32,000 nt of DNA, from positions 240,001 to 272,000 of the forward strand of contig NC_014972.1 in NCBI RefSeq assembly GCF_000186885.1. Reading direction: 5' to 3'. The position numbers and the translations under genes are program-made. Below, one piece after another: positions 17,873-25,809 of the stretch. The DNA comes from Desulfobulbus propionicus DSM 2032 (lineage in GTDB: Bacteria > Desulfobacterota > Desulfobulbia > Desulfobulbales > Desulfobulbaceae). The notes below the pieces were generated by a model. That model worked only from the letters and a program-made list of their open reading frames with translations, did no database searches and was not told where the DNA came from. How positions within the stretch are numbered: the stretch's first letter is position 1; every line of letters begins with the position of its first letter.

Positions 17873-19153
17873 TCACCGGTTCAGTGGGTTGTGCATGCCC
17901 GGGTGATCGTCATAGCTCTGGGCGGCATGGACATAAATCATGGTGGTGTTGATATCCTGGTGCCCGGCCAGCTTTTGGATGTCCTGCAACTTCACCCCTT
18001 CCTGCGCAAGCATGGTGAAGGCGGTATGCCTTAGGGCGTGTGGGCTCAGTGTCGCCTCTTCCCTACTGATCTTGGCCTTCACTAGGTACTTCTTGACCAC
18101 GTTCTCAACGGCCTTTACTGACAGTGGCTGGTGCTTCCGGTCCCGGCGAATAACCAGCTCCTGGTTGTTGCGGTCATAGATGAAGGGGAGAAACACCGGC
18201 GTCTCTCCATCAACCGTCACCCCCTGCCGGCCGACGGTATCCAGCCAGTCGTCAAAGGCACGAAGAGCCCGGCCGCTCAAAATGATGGCCGTCTTCGGCC
18301 GGTTTTGGAACTTCCCCTTTCGATCCACGATCCAGGCCTTTTGCTGCCCCTTCACCCGCTCCCGCTCAAGGTTCTTGTGCCGCAGGCCGGCCACCTCATT
18401 GGCCCGCAGGCCGTACACCAGAATGAGCAGCAGCAGGGCATAGTCACGCTTGCCGATGGCGGTCCGCTTGTTGACCTGCTTCAGTAGCCGCTCCGATTCC
18501 GCCGTTGACAGCACGCTGTAGTAGCCCTTGTCCTTCTTCGGGAATATCAGTTTTAGCCCCTTGAAAAAGATAGGGTTCTTGAACTTCCGGTTTTCCCGCT
18601 CGACAAACTTGAAAAAGCGGTTGAGGGCAACGAACTTGTTCCAGATCGTTGAATCCTTGTGGCGCTTTTCGTTTCGCAGGTGATCCCGGTATGCAAGGAT
18701 GGCCTGGATATCGATCTCGGCAAGGTCCTTACCGGCCCAGGTGAAGAACAGCTTGACCTGGTTCTCGTAACTGCGCCGGGTGTTTTTGGTGTTTTGCTCG
18801 GCAAGGAAGGAGGCCAGGTATTTTTTGAACTCGTCACTGGCGGCGCCCTTGTGCGTCTTGAAGGTATCGAGGCTTTCAATCGGGTTTACGAAGCCTTTAA
18901 CGGCCGTTGCAACGAACTTGAAAAAATTGTTCAGGATGGAGAATTTCCGTTTCGTCGTTGCCGGGCTGTGCTGCACTGCAAGGTGGCCCTGGTACTCATG
19001 CAGGGCGGCCGCATCGACCTGGTTGATGTCGAGGCCTTTAAAGTCGAAGAACTGCTGAATCTCGGAACGATAGACGCGCTGGCTGCCGCCTTTGTACTTG
19101 GCCAGGTACTTCGCAAACAACTTTTGCCCTTTTGCAGTGTCAAGAAATGCCAT
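17873..19153 (-). CDS. Tyrosine recombinase/integrase with apparently duplicated N-terminal core-binding (SAM-like) domain
   Basis: Catalytic residues in YGLRANEVAGL, LSPHALRHTAFTML, LAGHQDINTTMIYVH. Two N-terminal segments end in similar FSILNNFFKFV and FVALNRFFKFV. Confidence 0.93.
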   Translation of the reverse strand: MAFLDTAKGQKLFAKYLAKYKGGSQRVYRSEIQQFFDFKGLDINQVDAAALHEYQGHLAVQHSPATTKRKFSILNNFFKFVATAVKGFVNPIESLDTFKTHKGAASDEFKKYLASFLAEQNTKNTRRSYENQVKLFFTWAGKDLAEIDIQAILAYRDHLRNEKRHKDSTIWNKFVALNRFFKFVERENRKFKNPIFFKGLKLIFPKKDKGYYSVLSTAESERLLKQVNKRTAIGKRDYALLLLILVYGLRANEVAGLRHKNLERERVKGQQKAWIVDRKGKFQNRPKTAIILSGRALRAFDDWLDTVGRQGVTVDGETPVFLPFIYDRNNQELVIRRDRKHQPLSVKAVENVVKKYLVKAKISREEATLSPHALRHTAFTMLAQEGVKLQDIQKLAGHQDINTTMIYVHAAQSYDDHPGMHNPLNR

Positions 19154-19156
19154 ACG

Positions 19157-19544
19157 CTACCCGTCTTGCTCCTCTGCGCCGCCCTGCTTTCCCTGCTGTT
19201 CATCAGCAGCCTCACCAAGGATCGTCCACACCTGCCTTTCGCAAACCCCGGTAAGTGATGACAGCTCATGAGCGGTAATATTGCCCTGATCGTAAATCGA
19301 ACGCATGATGACGTTGCGCCACAACCTGATGAACTTATCCGGCTTGCGAAGGTATAGATGCTGGCCAGGGAACACTTGAGCCAGCAGCAAGGTCAGCCGC
19401 ACGCCATCGCCTGGCATGTGCTCATCAATGGCGGTTGCAACGGTTTTCAGCTCACCGGGAAGGTCGCTGATCTTCGGGAGGAAGTCCTTTGGCAGATGTA
19501 CCACCGGCGGCCGCAGGCAGCGCAACACATCGCGATTATCCATT
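19157..19544 (-). CDS. Mor-like transcription activator-family protein (copy 1)
   Basis: LPKISDLPGELKTVATAIDEHMPGDGVRLTLLLAQVFPGQHLYLRKPDKFIRLWRNVIMRSIYDQGNITAHELSSLTGVCERQVWTIL. Start taken at MDNRDV. Confidence 0.62.
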
Positions 19545-20009
19545 GTCCTGCTCCTCTGCGCCGCCCTTCTTGCGCTCGACAATCTTTCCCAGGGCATAGT
19601 ATGCCTTTTGCGCCTGCTTGCGGTCCATGGTGCGAAAATCCTCCACCTTGATCCATTTCTCGAGCCAACCCTTGATTTCTTCTTTGCTCCATCCCAGGTC
19701 CCTGAACATCAAACGGATATCCATGACATGGTAGTGGCTCGGCAGCGTCTCTCCGCCTTCAACCTCGTTTTCTCGTGGTGGCGGAAGCGGTCCGGTCCGG
19801 ACCGTCTGCCCGGTCATCTTGCCAATCATGAAGAGCTCTTCCTGCTTTGACAATGCCGTCAAGCTCGGTATCCCCGTCAAGTCTGCCGCCAATCGGTACA
19901 CCTCGTCTTGCGAAAATCCGTGCTTTCTCCCCTGGAAATGAAGGGATTTGATCAGCTGCTTCGGGATGGGCTCAAACACCTTGATAGGCCGTTTCATCGT
20001 CAATTCCAT
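19536..20009 (-). CDS. Phage protein resembling GemA/Gp16 regulators
   Basis: KQLIKSLHFQGRKHGFSQDEVYRLAADLTGIPSLTALSKQEELFMIGKM...MDIRLMFRDLGWSKEEIKGWLEKWIKVEDFRTMDRKQAQKAYYALGKIVER. Confidence 0.5.
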   Translation of the reverse strand: MELTMKRPIKVFEPIPKQLIKSLHFQGRKHGFSQDEVYRLAADLTGIPSLTALSKQEELFMIGKMTGQTVRTGPLPPPRENEVEGGETLPSHYHVMDIRLMFRDLGWSKEEIKGWLEKWIKVEDFRTMDRKQAQKAYYALGKIVERKKGGAEEQDNG

Positions 20010-20033
20010 GTGGGGGGTGTTTTTTCAAAAACC

Positions 20034-20298
20034 TGCACCATCTACACCATTTCATCGTAAAATACTGTTTTTCCGTTTAATTTCGTGGTGTAGATCATAT
20101 TGACGATCTACACCACGGTTGAGAATTTACATTTTTATTCAGGCGGTTAGATAGGCATCGTGGATCCACACCACCTGAAGAGGATCTACACCACGTGGTG
20201 TAGGTCAAAAGGGGATGTACACCACGCCTACACCAGGGATATACACCAAACAAATATAATAAAATTATATATTTATAAAGAAATGGTGTAAAGGTGTA
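20034..20298. repeat. Iteron-like array of TACACCA / TGGTGTA, 12 sites (9 exact, 3 with one mismatch), with 18-bp palindrome CTACACCACGTGGTGTAG at 20186-20203
   Basis: Forward sites: 20034 (TGCACCA), 20043, 20109, 20167 (CACACCA), 20187, 20218, 20229, 20242. Reverse sites: 20086, 20196, 20284, 20292 (AGGTGTA). AT-rich tract at 20251-20283. Confidence 0.9.
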
Positions 20299-20376
20299 GG
20301 CATTTTCACATATACGCCCTGTTTTTTTTAGCCACCAACGAAAAAAATAGGTTTGCGGGCAGTTTGGGAATTATTA

Positions 20377-20589
20377 TCACAGTGTCCTTTTTTGCACCCC
20401 CCCCTTTTTACCCATGACCCTCCCCTGATTTTTCGACCAAAAACTGGCACCCCTTACCACTCCCTTTTCCAGGGCAGGCTGTTTCAACTTGCCGAGATGG
20501 AGTAAAGTCCCAGGGAAACTGATTCCTTTTTCGGTCATCTTTATCCTTGCCTTGACCGTTTTGCCTTTCCGCTTCTGTATCAATTTCAC
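20377..20589 (-). CDS. Small basic hypothetical protein, 70 aa
   Basis: GTG start overlaps the upstream gene stop (GTGA). Lys/Arg-rich MKLIQKRKGKTVKARIKMTEKGISFPG. Confidence 0.4.
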   Translation of the reverse strand: MKLIQKRKGKTVKARIKMTEKGISFPGTLLHLGKLKQPALEKGVVRGASFWSKNQGRVMGKKGGVQKRTL

Positions 20590-20945
20590 TGTCGCCTCTC
20601 CAGTTGTTCACTTGTTCCCGTTTTCATGTTTTTGGTAGCTGGGCTCGCCAGTATTTTTTCGACAGTGCGCATGCTGAGGCGGAATTTGGTGGCCAAAACT
20701 TTTGCAGTACATCCTCCTTGGTCATATTCGGCGCGGATACAATCATGCTGCCATGCGGTGATGAATCGCTTAACACTGCGGAAATAGACGGGCTGCCCGT
20801 GGAAAATCTGTGCGAGCAGCAAGGTAAGACGTACCCCGCTGCCTGGAAGATGCTCCTCGATAGCATCCGCCACCCGCCGCAAATCACCGGGCATGTCCTC
20901 AATTGGCGGATAGTACTGTTCAGGCAAATGTACAATTTCAAGCAT
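20586..20945 (-). CDS. Mor-like transcription activator-family protein (copy 2)
   Basis: LPEQYYPPIEDMPGDLRRVADAIEEHLPGSGVRLTLLLAQIFHGQPVYFRSVKRFITAWQHDCIRAEYDQGGCTAKVLATKFRLSMRTVEKIL. Clear paralogue of 19157-19544. A TTG start at 20960 is also possible. Confidence 0.62.
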   Translation of the reverse strand: MLEIVHLPEQYYPPIEDMPGDLRRVADAIEEHLPGSGVRLTLLLAQIFHGQPVYFRSVKRFITAWQHDCIRAEYDQGGCTAKVLATKFRLSMRTVEKILASPATKNMKTGTSEQLERRQ

Positions 20946-21032
20946 GATAGATTTTTCCAATTTTCTCTCAATTTATGCAAGTTCAGGCATTGCTTTTGAA
21001 TACATCGAGGCCGCCAGTCACATCGTTTTCAT

Positions 21033-22052
21033 TTACAGAAAAGAAGGTTTCCCTTCTTGAATATTGATCCCAAGGCCCATAAGCCGTCCAATTTCTGCAT
21101 CAATTTTTTCCTGAATATCGCTTCCATTAAACTTGAAGAGCATGCCGGGCATATCTGTGATATCGTGCGCCATGCAGGTATCCAACCGGAACGATGGAAT
21201 GCTGAAACTGCGGGTGTATGGCCCGAATACCTCTTTTCGCGCTCCGCACCTCTCGATAACAGAGGATAGCGCAATCACCTTGGAGTATGCCGCCGCAAGG
21301 TTGCCGGCCTGCTTCACATACTCTCCACCGGCCTTTTCCAGCTCCTGTTCAAGAAATATCGCCAGGCCGTCAAAAAGGTTCCGTTCGGCAATGGCAACTT
21401 CATTTTTTGCTTGCACAAGCTTCCGTTTGAGACCCGGTATTTTCTCGGAAGCTGCGGCAATCTCTTTGTCCAGCCTGCAACGTAGACCTTTCTCTTTTGA
21501 TATTTCGAGGGTGAGCGAATCGAGGTGTTCTTGGTTTATTGATTCCCCGCAAGCGATATCGGCAATCAGGTCCTCTCTTTCCCTGATCATCTTGGCCAGT
21601 GTGTCGTTGTTCCCTTGTTTGGCAACAGCTAGACGTTCTTCTTCCTCAGCAATCAGGTCCTCAATTTTTTGAATCTTCTGAGCTCCATCGTTGACCGCTT
21701 CTTGCATGGGCAAGAGGTCTTCGACGGTTATCTTCTGCTCAAGGGCGTCAAGCTGCTCCTGAAGGTCGTTCAGCCGTGCGTCAATCTGCGCTTTCTTATC
21801 TTTGCAGGCCTGCATCTTTGAATCAGCACTGTCTACCGTCTCCTTGAAGTTGCGATAATCGGCCTTAACATGCCCGGGCCACATGCTCTCATCGGTTCCA
21901 TACCTTGACTTCATGGACTCAATGCGCGTCTGTGCATCCCCTCGCTCCCGATACATCACGTCGAGAGATGGGAGCTTATCAAGACCTCTCCGGGTCCGTT
22001 TGATTTCTTCCAACAATGCGCGTTTCTTCTCAATGACTTGTGCAAAACTCAT
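21033..22052 (-). CDS. Coiled-coil hypothetical protein, 339 aa
   Basis: Long complete ORF with charged, heptad-rich central region (ARLNDLQEQLDALEQKITVEDLLPMQEAVNDGAQKIQKIEDLIAEEEERLAVAKQ). Confidence 0.82.
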   Translation of the reverse strand: MSFAQVIEKKRALLEEIKRTRRGLDKLPSLDVMYRERGDAQTRIESMKSRYGTDESMWPGHVKADYRNFKETVDSADSKMQACKDKKAQIDARLNDLQEQLDALEQKITVEDLLPMQEAVNDGAQKIQKIEDLIAEEEERLAVAKQGNNDTLAKMIREREDLIADIACGESINQEHLDSLTLEISKEKGLRCRLDKEIAAASEKIPGLKRKLVQAKNEVAIAERNLFDGLAIFLEQELEKAGGEYVKQAGNLAAAYSKVIALSSVIERCGARKEVFGPYTRSFSIPSFRLDTCMAHDITDMPGMLFKFNGSDIQEKIDAEIGRLMGLGINIQEGKPSFL

Positions 22053-22075
22053 CGTTTTTCCCCTCTGTTTTCGCC

Positions 22076-24163
22076 TCAGCGATTTGATTTTTCCCGCCTG
22101 AACACCCTGCTCAGGCGATGCCGTCGTTCCCCGTTGTATTTCGTTGCTTCGCGCTCAAATATCCATCCCGCTTTCCGCAACACCTCTATGGAGTCGGTTA
22201 TTCTGGCCCCAAGCTGTGATGGTGATTTAAACGGGTTGGCAATGCCCCGATCCTTGGCCAGCCAGTCAAAGGCCCTGAAAATGGTGCCTGTCGAAGCTGT
22301 AAAGACGACCTTCTTCAGCTCGTTGCCGTCCCGATCCGCATTTACCTTGATACCGTATTCTTGCTCGAATCGATCCGGCCTGATTTCGTATTCTTTGAGC
22401 AAGGACTCAATGCCGTAGAGTATCCGGTTGGTCTCTGCCTCGGTGGCAAAGGCCCGCTGGTTCTGGTTGCGAATCCATTCGTCCAGTATCCACCGCGCTT
22501 CGGTGTTGCCGGTCTGGTCTTTTACCTGCGAGATGTACTTGACCACCTCTTGCAAGATGATGAAGAGCATGGCATACAGCTCGTTGAGGCGTTTTTTCGA
22601 GTGCGCCGGATAATCGGTGCGGAGGACCTTCAGGGCGTCGGATTTCTTCTCATCGATCCCGGGCAGGATGTCGTTGGCGATGATTTTGAAGATCGTGCTC
22701 CAAATCAGGTCCCTGGACTCGCGAAGGTCGGACTCGACCGCGATTGATTCCCGGAAATTCGGGTTGTGGAACTTCTTGTCGAAGAGGATCTCGTTGGTTC
22801 GTTCGATCAACTCCGGCTCGGAAAACGGCTCAATGGATGTCACCAGCAGTTGGGTGCAAGAGCGCTCGTATACGTTGTCAGAATCGCTTCCAGCCTTCCG
22901 CTTCTGCCGGGTGATACCCGTGGCCGCAGTCAACAAGAAATCGCGTTTGCCGCCCTTCACCGCGTCCGACTCGAGGTTGTCCGAAATGGTCAGCGGAGAG
23001 ATGGCCGCCTCGGAAAAATCAGAGGCGGCCGAACCAGTGGTAACGCAGTCCTCACCGTAGATGAGCGTGGAGAGCATCGACGCCGCCGATGTCTTGCCGC
23101 ACCCCTTGGTGCCTGAAAACTTGGTGATACCCCTGGCCTTGACGTATTGCAGCAGCACAACGTTGAAGATCAGGCACACCACGAAGTATTTGTCCGCCAG
23201 GTCGCACGCCAGGTTGTCGAAGATGTGGGCCTTGATGCTGGCCATACCCTTCTTCACGTCGGCGTCATGGAGATAGCGCAGGGGGTGCATTTTTGGTGAA
23301 TTGCGGAGCAGCACCCGCTCGGAGTTGGTGCCATTGGGGACCACCTCTATCTTTCTAGGGCCGATTTTGAGCAGGGTGGTGTTCTCCCCGCACAGGTTGA
23401 AATAGACGGTGTTTTCCTTGAAGTTGGTGAAGATCCAACCCGGTACCGAAGTGTGATCCCCCCTCAGGTAGGCCTGGCTTTCGATGTTCTGAACGACCAT
23501 CCTGGCGCCGATGTTGGCCGCATTAATACCGGCCTCACTGTAGAGCAGGGCCTTGAACGGTGTGTTGGCGCCGATTTTGTAAATTCGGTTGTTGAAGTAG
23601 AGGTGGCAGTCTTCGCCGTCGATGAAGAACTTGCCCTTGGCCTGGAACCACTCGAAGCAGATCTTGCCGAAGGTGTCATAGTCGAACTTCCCCTCTTGCT
23701 GGTTGACGTGCTGCGAGTACCAGGACTTCAGCTCAGTCAACGGCGGATAGTAGCGCTCCGCCCCTTTCATCAGCGATTCGAGCACGTCCGCCGGCTTGTC
23801 CTGGCCGCGCAGGTGCTCATCAATGTCTTTCACCTCACGGTCAAAGCGCACCAGGCGAACTTCGGCCGCCTCTGTTTGCATGAGCCTGGCCAGCGTCGGC
23901 GGCAGGCAGTGTTCCCGCAGCGCCTGGCACACGCTGTCGGTGTATTTCTGCCCGGCTGTGTCGTTGTCGAAGCAGAGGTATAGCTTCCGCCCCGGCGCCC
24001 ATGATTTCAGGTAGTCGAGCTGGGCCTTTGATATCTGGCCGTTGATGGCCGCCACGTTGGCCAGGCCGCCCCGTCCATGCACCGTGAGCAGGTCATTCTC
24101 GCCCTCTACAAGGAAAACTTCCTTCCCGGCGAAGCCGACATGTTGAAGAACAGAGTGCCCCCC
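22076..24163 (-). CDS. Mobile-element primase/helicase, downstream half (rest of TOPRIM-like region plus P-loop ATPase); a different frame from the zinc-finger half
   Basis: The open frame through 24156 reads QHVGFAGKEVFLVEGENDLLTVHGRGGLANVAAINGQ, then KLYLCFDNDTAG, then Walker A FSGTKGCGKTSAASML. It probably needs a frameshift from the upstream ORF. Confidence 0.83.
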   Translation of the reverse strand, partial: GGHSVLQHVGFAGKEVFLVEGENDLLTVHGRGGLANVAAINGQISKAQLDYLKSWAPGRKLYLCFDNDTAGQKYTDSVCQALREHCLPPTLARLMQTEAAEVRLVRFDREVKDIDEHLRGQDKPADVLESLMKGAERYYPPLTELKSWYSQHVNQQEGKFDYDTFGKICFEWFQAKGKFFIDGEDCHLYFNNRIYKIGANTPFKALLYSEAGINAANIGARMVVQNIESQAYLRGDHTSVPGWIFTNFKENTVYFNLCGENTTLLKIGPRKIEVVPNGTNSERVLLRNSPKMHPLRYLHDADVKKGMASIKAHIFDNLACDLADKYFVVCLIFNVVLLQYVKARGITKFSGTKGCGKTSAASMLSTLIYGEDCVTTGSAASDFSEAAISPLTISDNLESDAVKGGKRDFLLTAATGITRQKRKAGSDSDNVYERSCTQLLVTSIEPFSEPELIERTNEILFDKKFHNPNFRESIAVESDLRESRDLIWSTIFKIIANDILPGIDEKKSDALKVLRTDYPAHSKKRLNELYAMLFIILQEVVKYISQVKDQTGNTEARWILDEWIRNQNQRAFATEAETNRILYGIESLLKEYEIRPDRFEQEYGIKVNADRDGNELKKVVFTASTGTIFRAFDWLAKDRGIANPFKSPSQLGARITDSIEVLRKAGWIFEREATKYNGERRHRLSRVFRREKSNR

Positions 24164-24873
24164 TCAAGCCAATATTCGGCCGGCAAGCGGTACTTGTACT
24201 TCTTGCGCTGATCCTTGATGGTGAACCCGGCCACCTGGTTGTGCCGGTCCCGGTGCGGATAGATGAACAGGTCACGGCAGAAGAAATCCTGCATCCGGCC
24301 ATCGTTGGGTTTCCCCAGGCCGGATGCAACGATGGCCTCATCGGTGAAACCTTCGGCCTTGAGGTGATCACAGAGCCGGCCGTCGGTGTAGCCCACCATG
24401 AAGGCCACCAGCGTCTTGTCAGCATGGCACCGCTTGCCGTGCTGATAGCCCAAGGCCCGGTGATCCTTCATCAGGGTTTCGTGGTAGTAGAGGGCGGCCT
24501 TGGTGAAGATGCGGCGGCGGCCGTCGCGCTGCTGCTCTTCCTCAGGGCTCAGCTTTGGTTGATCCTTGGCCCCGGTCAACTCGTGGCCGTGGTACTCGGC
24601 CAGAGTCTTGAGCGCCTGGTGCTTATCGCACTGGTTAAGGCGTTGGATGAAATCGTAGATGTCGCCGTCATTATCGCCAGGGGCACACAGTTGGAAGCAG
24701 TGCCACCGCTGCTTTGATGGCGTGATGCGGAAGCAGTCGTGCCCCCCGCAGAAGGGGCACGATGCAAGGTTGATGGTATCGGCGCCGGCATTGGTGGTCG
24801 CCATGCCGGTAACCTGGCGGATGTACTCCGCCAGGTCGGTGCGGTCTTTGAGAAGGGCGAAGTCGTCTGTCAT
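24106..24873 (-). CDS. Mobile-element primase, upstream half with CHC2-type zinc finger
   Basis: CPFCGGHDCFRITPSKQRWHCFQLC zinc-ribbon pattern. ATGA overlap with the preceding gene. Confidence 0.85.
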   Translation of the reverse strand: MTDDFALLKDRTDLAEYIRQVTGMATTNAGADTINLASCPFCGGHDCFRITPSKQRWHCFQLCAPGDNDGDIYDFIQRLNQCDKHQALKTLAEYHGHELTGAKDQPKLSPEEEQQRDGRRRIFTKAALYYHETLMKDHRALGYQHGKRCHADKTLVAFMVGYTDGRLCDHLKAEGFTDEAIVASGLGKPNDGRMQDFFCRDLFIYPHRDRHNQVAGFTIKDQRKKYKYRLPAEYWLEGGTLFFNMSASPGRKFSL

Positions 24874-25430
24874 GCCGCCACCCCCTGGCCTTGCTGGTCC
24901 GGCGGTGCGGTTGGTTGTTTCTTGCCGCCGTTGGCGGGTTGCTTTTCCTTCAGTAGCGCCTTGATGCGGCCTTCAAGCTCCATGGCATGGCTGGAAAGCA
25001 TATCGCCGCGCTGCGCAACAATCGCTGTGCAGGCCAGGGCCCTGGTCAGTTCCATCTTGACTTGATCATTTCCATACCAGCCGGTCTTGATCTGCTCCAG
25101 GGTGGCGGTCACCTTTCGAAGCAAATGTTCGTCGCTGTCCTGGTAGCGGTCCACATAGCCGGCAACGATGCGGGCCTGCTCATCGATGCAAAGATCGATG
25201 AGCTTTGACAGCCCCCATTGCAGGTCTTGGGCGATGTGATCAGCAAGGGAACCATCTCTGCATTCGCCCGGGTCGAAGTAGGAAAGCCGCGCTGTTTTGA
25301 TCAGCGCGCTCAGGGCGCGGGGGGCGTGGCATGCCTCATCAAATGCGTCTTGCAGATCAAGAGGGGTGCGGATGGTGGGGATTGAGGAAGAGGTGGTGCT
25401 GGCGGAAACTTCTTGCGAACGGTCAAACAT
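24870..25430 (-). CDS. Hypothetical protein encoded upstream of the primase
   Basis: Start taken at MFDRSQEVSAS, preceded by CCGGAG. Ends with an ATGA overlap with the primase gene. Confidence 0.7.
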   Translation of the reverse strand: MFDRSQEVSASTTSSSIPTIRTPLDLQDAFDEACHAPRALSALIKTARLSYFDPGECRDGSLADHIAQDLQWGLSKLIDLCIDEQARIVAGYVDRYQDSDEHLLRKVTATLEQIKTGWYGNDQVKMELTRALACTAIVAQRGDMLSSHAMELEGRIKALLKEKQPANGGKKQPTAPPDQQGQGVAA

Positions 25431-25455
25431 GGCTATTACTCCGGAAAATAAAAAT

Positions 25456-25518
25456 GCCCAGAGTGGTACCACGCCTAGAAGGGCGTCGGGGTCCTCGCGG
25501 ATACCCCCCACTCTGAGC
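25456..25518 (-). ncRNA. Candidate structured RNA element A (three-way-junction fold)
   Basis: Minus strand: P1 GCTCAGAGTGG/CCACTCTGGGC, P2 GGGG-[TA]-TCC-GCGA-GGA-CCCC, P3 ACGCC/GGCGT. Same architecture and core as element B. Confidence 0.55.
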
Positions 25519-25536
25519 AAATTCAAATTCTGGATG

Positions 25537-25596
25537 TGCGCTTATCTCCAGCCGTGCCTGAGCACCTTGGGCGGTGTCGGCAACTGGCTGGGCGCA
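25537..25596. other. Extended imperfect hairpin (element C) between the two candidate RNA elements
   Basis: Nested pairings TGCGC/GCGCA, CCAGCC/GGCTGG, GTGCC/GGCAAC (one bulge), CACC/GGTG. Confidence 0.5.
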
Positions 25597-25690
25597 AATA
25601 AAAAATTCCCGGTTTAAGGTGTGCGGGAGCCACCCTTCTAGTTTGGTATCCGCAAGATACGGAAAAGCCGCTATGTTCGCAAGGTAAAAA

Positions 25691-25765
25691 TGCCCAGACT
25701 GCCAGGAGGATTGACCCTGACAGTCAACGCCTTGCGGTCCTCGCGGATACCGCACAGTCTGGGCA
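25691..25765 (-). ncRNA. Candidate structured RNA element B (three-way-junction fold)
   Basis: Minus strand: P1 TGCCCAGACTG/CAGTCTGGGCA (11 bp perfect), P2 TGCGG-[TA]-TCC-GCGA-GGA-CCGCA, P3 GTTGAC/GTCAAT. Confidence 0.55.
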
Positions 25766-25809
25766 AAAATCATTGGTATGGCCACGCCGGAAGGTCCCGT
25801 CACTTGATA

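Noticed and set aside
16640-17880. Attempt to define terminal inverted repeats for the IS630-like element
   Set aside because: No convincing matching ends could be found by eye, so only the transposase CDS is reported.
20034-20298. Regularly repeated TACACCA units considered as a CRISPR array
   Set aside because: Repeats are only 7-12 bp, occur in both orientations and have irregular spacing. No cas genes are present.
22361-23983. Several plus-strand ORFs opposite the primase/helicase
   Set aside because: The minus-strand frame carries TOPRIM-like and Walker motifs. The plus-strand frames are low-complexity shadows.
25456-25765. Elements A and B considered as integron attC sites or plain transcription terminators
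   Set aside because: They lack attC core-site consensus and integron context. A simple terminator would not need the conserved internal GNRA-capped core with two additional stems, although a terminator role for P1 plus the T-run is not excluded.
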